Below the pieces are notes generated by a model. The model was not told the origin of the DNA. It saw only the letters and a program-made list of their open reading frames with translations, and ran no database searches. A stretch of DNA of 64,000 nt from Planctomycetota bacterium. Lineage in GTDB: Bacteria; Planctomycetota; Brocadiia; JAADGH01. The stretch is from positions 32,001-96,000 of the forward strand of contig JBFMAD010000006.1 of NCBI GenBank assembly GCA_040755855.1, given 5' to 3'. Below are positions 9,674 to 17,863 of the stretch, in pieces (position 1 is the first letter of the stretch; the number at the start of each line of letters is the position of its first letter). Made by a program: the position numbers and the translations under genes.

Positions 9674-9979
9674 CCTCGCACTCCTTTCGATTGGCCGTTC
9701 TTTTTTGCACATGTTCCTTTCGTCAGGGAGTTAGTGAGGGAAGAGAGCGGGCGGTAACAAGGATCCACAGTCCGACGTCTGAGATAAGGCGTAACATGTG
9801 TTGCAAAACCCTGTTATGACTCAGAAAAATTCGATTAGAGGTCGGTTTGAGGATGGGCAACATGCCTGCGACAGAATTTTCTTGCCGGCCCCCAGGAATT
9901 CCAGCCGTCATGAATTTCACTTTTGTTTTCGAGGGAAAGGTGATATGTTTGGGGCGTTTCAGGGGAAACGAACCGGGAT

Positions 9980-10762
9980 ATGAGCCACATGGCAAGAGCG
10001 GAACTGACTGTCTCAAGCACTGCCGCCGAGCTGAAACGGATTCGAGCCTTTGTGAACGCCGTTTGCGGGGGCGTGGGGTCCATTGACGGACCGACGGCAC
10101 GGCAGATCGAGCTGGCCGTTCACGAGGCGGCAAGCAACATCATGGAGCATGCCTACGGCGGCTGCGCCGATAGGGCGATCACCGTCGAAGCGGACGCCTC
10201 GGATGAGGCGATCGAGTTTCGGCTCTATCATTGCGGCGAGATATTCGAGTGCAAGGGCCCTCGGCCCGAACCGTCGCCCGAGACGGGGTACGGATTATAC
10301 CTCATGGGGCAGTGCATGGATGAGGTGCGGTACTGCCGCGCCGAGGACGGCCGGGCGTGCACCTGTCTGGTGAAGAAACTACACACACGAAAAAAGGAGA
10401 AATGCGGCATGGAACCCGCAGTCGAACAAGTCGGCGACGTGATTGTTGTAACGCCGCTCGTGGACTCGTTGGAGGTTGGAAACTCCCTGGAATTCAGCGA
10501 CGCCGTCACCCCCGTCATCCGCGGCAAGAGCAAGGTGCTCTTCGACATGAGCAGAGTCTGTTTCGTTGATAGTTCCGGCCTGAAGGCCATCATCTGGTGC
10601 ATCAAGCAACTGGACGCATCGGAGGGCGACCTGAAGCTGTGCGGCTTGACGGAGCAGGTGCGGTCGCTCTTCGAGATCGCCCGGATGCACAAGATCATTG
10701 ATCTCTTCGATACCAGAGAGCAGGCCATCGAGGCGTTTCAAAAGAAGGACAATGCACGCTGA
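9980..10762 (+). CDS. Anti-sigma factor kinase (RsbW-like HATPase) fused to a STAS anti-anti-sigma domain
   Basis: ELAVHEAASNIMEHAY N-box and GYGLYLM G2 box; C-terminal DMSRVCFVDSSGL...GDLKLCGL STAS motif. Confidence 0.85.
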   Translation: MSHMARAELTVSSTAAELKRIRAFVNAVCGGVGSIDGPTARQIELAVHEAASNIMEHAYGGCADRAITVEADASDEAIEFRLYHCGEIFECKGPRPEPSPETGYGLYLMGQCMDEVRYCRAEDGRACTCLVKKLHTRKKEKCGMEPAVEQVGDVIVVTPLVDSLEVGNSLEFSDAVTPVIRGKSKVLFDMSRVCFVDSSGLKAIIWCIKQLDASEGDLKLCGLTEQVRSLFEIARMHKIIDLFDTREQAIEAFQKKDNAR

Positions 10763-10773
10763 GGTAGATCGCC

Positions 10774-12180
10774 ATGACCACTCCGCACGGCAAGCTGACG
10801 CTCGGCTGGGCCTCGCGCGACATAACCCCATCCCGCCCGGTTCTCCTGCTGGGGCAGTTTCACTCGCGCATCTCGGAACGCGTGAACGATCCACTCTCCG
10901 TCACAGCCCTCGCCGTTGAAGCCAAGAACGAAAACGGCGCCTGCGAGCAGGCCGTGATCGTCTCCGCCGATCACGCCGTCATACCTGGTTTCATTCTCGC
11001 GCAGGTGCGCGAACGCGTGAGGGCCGCCGCGCCCGATCTGGATGTGAAGAAGGTGTTCCTCTCCGCCACGCACACCCATACGGCGCCGACGGTGACGGAT
11101 GGCATCTATCCCCCGGCGGCTCCAGAGGTTATGACGCCCGCGGAGTGCGCGGAACAGTTCGTCCAGAGCGCCTCCGGCGCGATCGTCGAGGCATGGACCA
11201 ACCGCCGGCCCGCCGGCGTGAGTTGGGGGTTTGGCCATGCCGTGGTCGGGCATAACCGGCGCATGACCTACTTGGACGGCGCGTCGAAGATGTATGGGAA
11301 CACGAACGACGTGAATTTCTCCCACATCGAGGGCTACGAGGACCACGGCGTGGACCTGCTCTTCACGTGGGACGAGAAGGATCGCCTGACGGGCGTCGTT
11401 GTCAATCTCGCATGCCCGTCTCAGGTGACGGAAGGCGCGAAGTGCGTGTCCGCCGATTTCTGGCATGAGGCGCGCGTCGAGATTCGCCGCCGCCTCGGGG
11501 CCGATCTATTCATCCTGCCCCAATGCGCCGCCGCAGGCGACCAGTCGCCGCACCTGCTCCTGGACAAGAAAGCCGAAGAGTTCATGCGAAAGGGCACGGG
11601 CGTCACGGAGCGCGAGGAGATCGCCCTTCGAATCGCGGACGCCGTCGAGGATGTCCTGCCGGTCGCTCAAAAGCAGATCCGAACACACGCGCCTTTCCGG
11701 CACGTGGCGCGAACGATTGACCTGCCCGTTCGAAAGGTGACGGACGAGGAGGTCGCGTTCGCGCGATCGGAATGTGATCGGCTTCGGAAAGCGGACCCGG
11801 ACGTGAAGAACTCCCCCACGTTTGTCCACCTGCGCCGCCACAACCGGGTGATCCAGCGCTACGAGGAGCAGAAAACCAAGCCTTTCTACCCCATGGAACT
11901 CCACGTCATTCGTCTCGGCGATGTGGCGATGGCGACGAATCCATTCGAGCTTTTCCTCGATTTCGGGGTTCGCATCAAGGCGCGCAGCCAGGCCGTGCAG
12001 ACCTTTCTCGTGCAACTGGCCTGCGACTGGACGGGCTATCTGCCGACGGCGCGGGCCGTGGCCGCGAGAAGCTACGGCGCCGAGGTCGCCAGCAACCAAG
12101 TCGGCCCCGAGGGCGGACAGGCGCTGGTCGAGGAGACGTTGAAATCCATAGATGAACTCTGGATTAACGAGACAAGATAG
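10774..12180 (+). CDS. Neutral/alkaline ceramidase-like hydrolase
   Basis: GWASRDITP, DPL...ALA, SATHTHTAP, NLACP, SADF, AGDQSP, PFELF, GYLPT and YGA motifs. Confidence 0.7.
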   Translation: MTTPHGKLTLGWASRDITPSRPVLLLGQFHSRISERVNDPLSVTALAVEAKNENGACEQAVIVSADHAVIPGFILAQVRERVRAAAPDLDVKKVFLSATHTHTAPTVTDGIYPPAAPEVMTPAECAEQFVQSASGAIVEAWTNRRPAGVSWGFGHAVVGHNRRMTYLDGASKMYGNTNDVNFSHIEGYEDHGVDLLFTWDEKDRLTGVVVNLACPSQVTEGAKCVSADFWHEARVEIRRRLGADLFILPQCAAAGDQSPHLLLDKKAEEFMRKGTGVTEREEIALRIADAVEDVLPVAQKQIRTHAPFRHVARTIDLPVRKVTDEEVAFARSECDRLRKADPDVKNSPTFVHLRRHNRVIQRYEEQKTKPFYPMELHVIRLGDVAMATNPFELFLDFGVRIKARSQAVQTFLVQLACDWTGYLPTARAVAARSYGAEVASNQVGPEGGQALVEETLKSIDELWINETR

Positions 12181-12191
12181 TCCATCGCAGA

Positions 12192-12392
12192 ATGGTTACG
12201 TCGAACGAAGAAAATCTTTTTCTTGAGAAGGGCCCCGCATGGCGGGCGGCGGAGGCGTATGGCTTCGACATGTCCCTGATCGAGAGCAACCTGCACATGA
12301 CTCCGATGGAGCGGATTCGCGCGCACGATCGGGTGCTGAACACGATCCTCGATCTCAAGCGCGCTGAGGAGCGTTTCCATGGCAAGTCTTGA
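12192..12392 (+). CDS. 66-aa protein, putative partner/antitoxin of the downstream nucleotidyltransferase
   Basis: GFDMSLIESNLHMTPMERI motif typical of small proteins preceding NTases; overlaps the next gene. Confidence 0.7.
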   Translation: MVTSNEENLFLEKGPAWRAAEAYGFDMSLIESNLHMTPMERIRAHDRVLNTILDLKRAEERFHGKS

Positions 12393-12864
12393 AAGTCTTT
12401 TGGGACGCTTGATACGAGAAGACGTCGAGTTTGTGCTGATCGGCGGCTTCGCCGCCGTGGTCCATGGAGGATCACTGCCCACCCAGGACATTGACGTGTG
12501 TTGTCGCTTCTCAGTGGACAACCTGATGCGCCTTCAGAGAGCGCTGGGCGACCTTCATCCTGTCCATCGGATAACGCCGTCGCATCCACCTCTCGAACTA
12601 ACCCCCGATCAATGCTGCAAGTTCAAGAACCTTTACTTGACCACCGACTACGGACAACTGGACTGTCTCAGTTTCGTCGAGGGAATCGGCGACTATGATC
12701 GTGTTTATGAGAATAGTATGGCGATCCATCTCCCCGACGGCCCATGTCGGGTTCTCACACTCAACGCGCTCATTAAGGCAAAGGAAGCCATGGGCAGGCC
12801 GAGGGACCGCGAAGCGGTGATCCAGTTGAAGGCAATTCGGGAAAGGCTTCATCGCGACCAGTAA
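12379..12864 (+). CDS. Pol-beta superfamily nucleotidyltransferase (DUF6036/AbiEii-like)
   Basis: FVLIGGFAAVVHG...TQDIDV, GQLD and LIKAKEAMGRPRD motifs; GAGGAG RBS. Confidence 0.8.
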   Translation: MASLESLLGRLIREDVEFVLIGGFAAVVHGGSLPTQDIDVCCRFSVDNLMRLQRALGDLHPVHRITPSHPPLELTPDQCCKFKNLYLTTDYGQLDCLSFVEGIGDYDRVYENSMAIHLPDGPCRVLTLNALIKAKEAMGRPRDREAVIQLKAIRERLHRDQ

Positions 12865-12867
12865 CGT

Positions 12868-15336
12868 ATGTCTTCGCAAGCTGTTGGTGTGAGGAGAATC
12901 TTTGTGGATTTCAGAAACATTCAGCTTGAAATGAGTCTAAAGCCGTTCAAGGACAACTCCGACGAAACCATGCGCCGCGTCTGTCGAGAGGTCTTTGTTC
13001 AGTGGGCCGCCCTTTGCCGACATGCCGACCGGGTTTCCGTGCTTTTATGGTCGGCAGACGGATCGGAAATCCTGGAATACAAAGGAGACCTTGACGAGGA
13101 GTTCGAGTGGGCCAAGTGGGTCGGCGTGGCCAACCCTCGCCGCGAGCGGCCGAAGGGCGTCAACGCGACGGCCATCCACCACACCCCGCGACTCTATATC
13201 GAGAAACCGATCGCATGGACCTACCGCCGGCTAAAGAAACTGGTCGAGACGCTGAAGGAAATCGGCGCGGACGTCACCGGCAAACCCATCCGCGTCGGCG
13301 CGACCTTCGACCCCGGACCGGAGTTCGCCGTCTCGCCCTTCAAGTACAAGCGGCATCCGGAGATTTGCATGGGGACGACCATGGGCGCGGGCACGTTCGT
13401 CTGCTGCTATGCGACGCTCCACGAGGACAAGACCGCATACGCCGGCTTCCCCGACGGAATCCCCGAGGGCGCGCCGATGGGCGCGTTCCTCGGCAGGCAG
13501 TGCAGGCATTTCCTCGGCGACCTCGGCTTCGACTACCTCTGGCTCTCGAACGGCTTCGGGTTCGGCCTGGAGACATGGGGCCTGCGCGGGGCCGTCTTCG
13601 ACGGCCAGAAGTTCATGCCCGAAAAGGCGAGGGACGTGCATGACAAAAACATGAACTTCTGGACCGCCCTGCGCAAAGAGATGCCCGATGTCCCCATCGA
13701 GAACCGAGGCACGAACCTCTCGACCGGCATGGACCTTGCCTCCGACGCCGTCCCCCTGCGCGAGATCTACCGGGGCAGTTATGGCATCGAACCCCCACCC
13801 AACTCCCCCTGGGCCGCGATCAACAGCGACTTCGGCCTGGAACTGATCGGCTGGATGTCGCACATCGCCGAACTGCCCGGCGAGACGTTCCCCTTCCGCT
13901 TCTACACCCACGACCCGTGGTTCCTGAACAGCCCCTGGCTCGACCGCTACGGCCGGCAGCCGCACGACATCTACCTGCCGCTCTCGGTCTCGCGGATCAA
14001 CGAGAGGGGCGAGGTCCGCACGCCGACATCCATCCTATTCCTGACCATTGACGACTCGCACGGCGACATGCCGGAGACCGTGCCGAACGAGGTGATCCCC
14101 CACATCATCGAGGGCCGCGCCACGCAGCCCGACCAGCCCGGCCCGCTCGTCTGGGTCTATCCCTTCGACGAGTATCACGACATGACCTTCGGCGAGCCGA
14201 GCAGGATTGACGAGGTCTTCTTCGGCGACTGGTTCATGCGCGGCGCGGTGAACAATGGGCTGCCGCTCAACACGGTGGTCAGCGCGCGGAATCTGGTCTC
14301 GACACTCGGGTCCAAACCGGATCGTTTCGACGAATCGCTCCTTGTCAGTCCTGTCCCCGATACAGACAGCGAATGGTCCGCTGCACTGATGAGCCATGTG
14401 AAGCGCGGTGGTTCCGCGCTCTTGTACGGTCCCATCCGCCATGCAAGGAAGGACCTCCTCGACGCGCTGAACGTGGCAAAGGCAGATCCCCTCTCGGGCG
14501 AGTTCGATCTGCAGGTCGAGATCGGCGGCGACCGCCTCCTGTCCCAGCCGTACGGCAAGCGACTGGCCCATCATGATCTCCTCTCGGCAGGAGGGATGGA
14601 CGGCATGGTGAAGAACGAACGCGACGCCCATACGCGCATTCTTGCTCTGGCGACGCGGGATGGCGACTCCCGCGTGGCGGCGTTGATCCGGCGGCCCCCC
14701 GAATGGAACGGCGGCGGCCTGGCATGGGTGCGGGGGACGGTATCCTGCGACCCGAAGCAGACCGGCGGGCATCTGCTCGTCCCGCTGAATCCCGCGGAGT
14801 ATTTTCCCGGCGAGATGTTGATGCGCTATGCCCTGTCCGCATTCGGCATGGAGATGTTCGCCGAGAAGCACGCCCCCGCGCAGGGCGCGCCGCTCGTGTG
14901 CATCTCGCGCCACAGGAACGGCTTCTACTTCGCCGGCTTCTGCCCGGACACCACGGTGTCGCTGCACCTTCGCTTCCCGCAGGGCGCGCCGCTCCTCAAG
15001 GGCGTCGAGACGCGCATTGTGAACGGCCGGGCCGGCTATCACATGCCCAAGGCGTGGAAGCACGAGTGTCGCGTGTTTGTCGAGCAGAAGGAAGACAGCG
15101 TTGTCTCGTGCAAAGAACGCCACTGCGGCGAAGTGAACGTCCGCCGCCGTCTGCTGATGAATGGGCTCAAGAACGCCACGGTCCGATTCTACCCCGAGCC
15201 GGGGACCGAGGCGGATGTGAAGATGCTGCGCAATCCCAAGCCGCCGTTTCTGGAGGGGGATTTCGTCACATTTGCGAGAGAGGGCCGGTGTCTCGTCGCA
15301 GAGAACATCTCCGGCGAGTTCCTGATTTCGTGGTAG
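12868..15336 (+). CDS. Large hypothetical protein (822 aa), possibly carbohydrate-active
   Basis: Long ORF with strong codon bias, in operon with a sugar isomerase; start uncertain. Confidence 0.7.
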   Translation: MSSQAVGVRRIFVDFRNIQLEMSLKPFKDNSDETMRRVCREVFVQWAALCRHADRVSVLLWSADGSEILEYKGDLDEEFEWAKWVGVANPRRERPKGVNATAIHHTPRLYIEKPIAWTYRRLKKLVETLKEIGADVTGKPIRVGATFDPGPEFAVSPFKYKRHPEICMGTTMGAGTFVCCYATLHEDKTAYAGFPDGIPEGAPMGAFLGRQCRHFLGDLGFDYLWLSNGFGFGLETWGLRGAVFDGQKFMPEKARDVHDKNMNFWTALRKEMPDVPIENRGTNLSTGMDLASDAVPLREIYRGSYGIEPPPNSPWAAINSDFGLELIGWMSHIAELPGETFPFRFYTHDPWFLNSPWLDRYGRQPHDIYLPLSVSRINERGEVRTPTSILFLTIDDSHGDMPETVPNEVIPHIIEGRATQPDQPGPLVWVYPFDEYHDMTFGEPSRIDEVFFGDWFMRGAVNNGLPLNTVVSARNLVSTLGSKPDRFDESLLVSPVPDTDSEWSAALMSHVKRGGSALLYGPIRHARKDLLDALNVAKADPLSGEFDLQVEIGGDRLLSQPYGKRLAHHDLLSAGGMDGMVKNERDAHTRILALATRDGDSRVAALIRRPPEWNGGGLAWVRGTVSCDPKQTGGHLLVPLNPAEYFPGEMLMRYALSAFGMEMFAEKHAPAQGAPLVCISRHRNGFYFAGFCPDTTVSLHLRFPQGAPLLKGVETRIVNGRAGYHMPKAWKHECRVFVEQKEDSVVSCKERHCGEVNVRRRLLMNGLKNATVRFYPEPGTEADVKMLRNPKPPFLEGDFVTFAREGRCLVAENISGEFLISW

Positions 15337-15346
15337 GGATAAAGGA

Positions 15347-16807
15347 ATGACGCACATGCTGGTCGAACGACGCAAGCCGCGCGCCGCAAACGTGGGGGTC
15401 TTCGCCGTGGGACTGGACGTCTACTGGGGCCAGTTCCCCGGCCTCCTCGATGAGCTCATGCAGTACCTTCGCATCCTCGAAGAGAAGGTCCGGGTTCATG
15501 ACGTGAAGACCATCAACTTCGGCATGGTTGACAACGCGCAACGGGCCTATGCCGCGCTGAAGAAGATGCAGGCGGCGGACCTCGACCTGATCTTTTGCGA
15601 CATGGTGACCTACGCCACGTCATCCACCTTCGGCATCCTCATCCGCGAGCTGGACGTCCCCATCGTCCTTGTCGCCCTCCAGCCGATGAAGCGGATGGAC
15701 TACGAGAACGCGACGATCTACATGCAGCTCTGCAACGACAACATCTGCTCCCTGCCGGAGTTCACGGGGGTTGCCGTGCGGATGGGAAAGAAGGCCCCGC
15801 CGACGATCATCGGCACGCTCCATGATGACGCCGACGCGGACAAGGAGATTGGACGATGGTGCAACATCGCCAAGGTCCTCCACGACCTGAAGGGCGCGCG
15901 GATCGGCCACTTCGGCCACCCCCTCGAAGCCATGCTCGACATGCACAGCGACCCGACCATGTACACCGCGGCCTTCGGTCTGCATGTGGTCCAGACGGAG
16001 ATCGATGACCTCGTCCGTCTGCATCGGACCGTGAAGGAGCCGGAGATCGAGGCGAAGAAGAAGCAGATTCTCGGCATGTTCGACACGCCGGACCCGGAAG
16101 CGGACCCGGTGACGAGAAAGCTGACGAACGAGGACCTCCACGCCGCGGCCAAGGCCGCCGTCGCGCTCGACAAGTTCATCGCGGAGTTCAACCTCGACGG
16201 CCTGGCCTACTACTACAAGGGCGAGCCGGGCGGCGAGACGGAGCTCCTTGCCGCCAGCCTCATCGTCGGCAATTCCCTCCTCTGCGCGGCGGGGTTCCCC
16301 ATGTGCGGCGAGTCGGACATCAAGACCTGCGTGGCCATGCTGCTCATGGACCGGCTCGACATCGGCGGCAGCTTTGCCGAGTTCCACCCGGTGGACTTCG
16401 AGGAGAATTTCATCCTCGTCGGCCATGACGGCCCGCATCACATCAACATCGCCGAGGGCCGGCCGAAGCTGCGGAGCCTGACCAAGTATCACGGCAAACC
16501 CGGCGCCGGCGCGTCGGTGGAGTTCAAGCTCAAGGAGGGGCCGATCACGATGCTCGGGATTACATCCACCTACGAGGGCCGGTTCAAGTTCGTTATCGGC
16601 GAGGGCCAGTCCATGCACGGCCCCATCCCAGCGACGGGCAACACGAACACCCGCGGGTTCTTCGAGCCGGACGCACGGACGTTCCTCTCGGCGTGGATCG
16701 CCGAAGGCCCGACGCACCACTTCGCCCTCGGCATCGGCCACGAGGCGGAGACGATCAAACGGATCGGCGACATCCTGGGGATCGAGTCGGTCATTGTGGC
16801 GACGTGA
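15347..16807 (+). CDS. L-fucose/L-arabinose isomerase family protein
   Basis: GLDVYWGQFPGL, TYATSS, CGESD, GGSFAEF, GHDGPHH, GNTNTR and GPTHHFALGIGH motifs. Confidence 0.9.
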   Translation: MTHMLVERRKPRAANVGVFAVGLDVYWGQFPGLLDELMQYLRILEEKVRVHDVKTINFGMVDNAQRAYAALKKMQAADLDLIFCDMVTYATSSTFGILIRELDVPIVLVALQPMKRMDYENATIYMQLCNDNICSLPEFTGVAVRMGKKAPPTIIGTLHDDADADKEIGRWCNIAKVLHDLKGARIGHFGHPLEAMLDMHSDPTMYTAAFGLHVVQTEIDDLVRLHRTVKEPEIEAKKKQILGMFDTPDPEADPVTRKLTNEDLHAAAKAAVALDKFIAEFNLDGLAYYYKGEPGGETELLAASLIVGNSLLCAAGFPMCGESDIKTCVAMLLMDRLDIGGSFAEFHPVDFEENFILVGHDGPHHINIAEGRPKLRSLTKYHGKPGAGASVEFKLKEGPITMLGITSTYEGRFKFVIGEGQSMHGPIPATGNTNTRGFFEPDARTFLSAWIAEGPTHHFALGIGHEAETIKRIGDILGIESVIVAT

Positions 16808-17858
16808 ACGGCCCGTCGATGAATCGAAGCGGCGCCTCCTTCACGTCCACGACCTTGCCGGTCTCACATTCGCGAAGGGAAACACGCAGGACATAATCGC
16901 CTTCCGGGGGCGCGTTGACCTGGAGTGTGTAGACAGCCATCCCGATTTGTTCTTTCCCTTCAGCCATCGTCTTGCCTTCCGTGGAGACAACCGCAACAGC
17001 AAGCTCGTGGGTGTCTTTGCTCACCTTGCCTCCGACCTCGCATGTGAAGGGGACGCTCTGTTCGGTCGTGTAGAAGATAGTCTGCTTGAGCGTCAGGGAA
17101 TGGATGTGCGGCGTCGTGAACTCCTTCCTCCCCGTGAGGAGGCCGACCTCGCCGGCGGTCAACACGCGGCGGTAGATGCAAAAGTTGTCAATCACGCCGT
17201 CGGCGTTGTCGCGCCCGCGGATGCCGCATCCGATGTAGAAGCGCTCGCCCGGCGAGCCGATGGCCCCGTTGAGCCGCTTGCGGGCTTTCAGTTCGCCGTC
17301 GATGTAGATTTGAAGGTACCGAGCGTCCCACGTGGCGGCGATGTGATGCCACTCGTCCTTCTTCCACTCGGCGATGGGGGTCTTCGCCGTGTTGTTCCCG
17401 CCGCCGGCGTCGTCGAGCCAGAGCCAGAGTTCCTGGAGCGGCTGCTGGTAGCGGAAGGTATAAAGGGTCAGACTCGCGGCCGCGTTCGCCCCGCCGCTCT
17501 TGTTCGTGGGACCGGGCCAGGAGAAGAGCGTACGGGCGGCATAGTCCGATCCCGCCCAGGCGGGCTTGAAGTGAAGCGCCACGGTCCCTTGCTCCGGAGC
17601 GATGCACCCCTTCGCCTCGAAGGCGTATTCCGCGACGCCCTCCTCCCGATGAAACCGCATGGCCGGCCCGGATACGCCCTCCGTCGCGCCCATGCCTTTC
17701 TGCTCGGCGGGCTCGGCTGCTCCCTTGCTCAGGTCCGCATCCAAGCCCTCGTCGAAGGAGAGATAGAAAAGCAGGTCCTCCTTCGCCGGCGCGTCCGGCT
17801 CGGCGGCCTGGGACAAGGTGGTGGTGAAGATCAACAAGACCAGCAGTCGGCTGTTCAT
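16791..17858 (-). CDS. Secreted LamG/concanavalin A-like domain protein
   Basis: Signal peptide; LLFYLSFDE, QGTVALHFKP, WHHIAATWD...IYIDG, IDNFCIYRRVLT. Confidence 0.85.
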   Translation of the reverse strand: MNSRLLVLLIFTTTLSQAAEPDAPAKEDLLFYLSFDEGLDADLSKGAAEPAEQKGMGATEGVSGPAMRFHREEGVAEYAFEAKGCIAPEQGTVALHFKPAWAGSDYAARTLFSWPGPTNKSGGANAAASLTLYTFRYQQPLQELWLWLDDAGGGNNTAKTPIAEWKKDEWHHIAATWDARYLQIYIDGELKARKRLNGAIGSPGERFYIGCGIRGRDNADGVIDNFCIYRRVLTAGEVGLLTGRKEFTTPHIHSLTLKQTIFYTTEQSVPFTCEVGGKVSKDTHELAVAVVSTEGKTMAEGKEQIGMAVYTLQVNAPPEGDYVLRVSLRECETGKVVDVKEAPLRFIDGPFTSPQ

Positions 17859-17863
17859 GGCGG

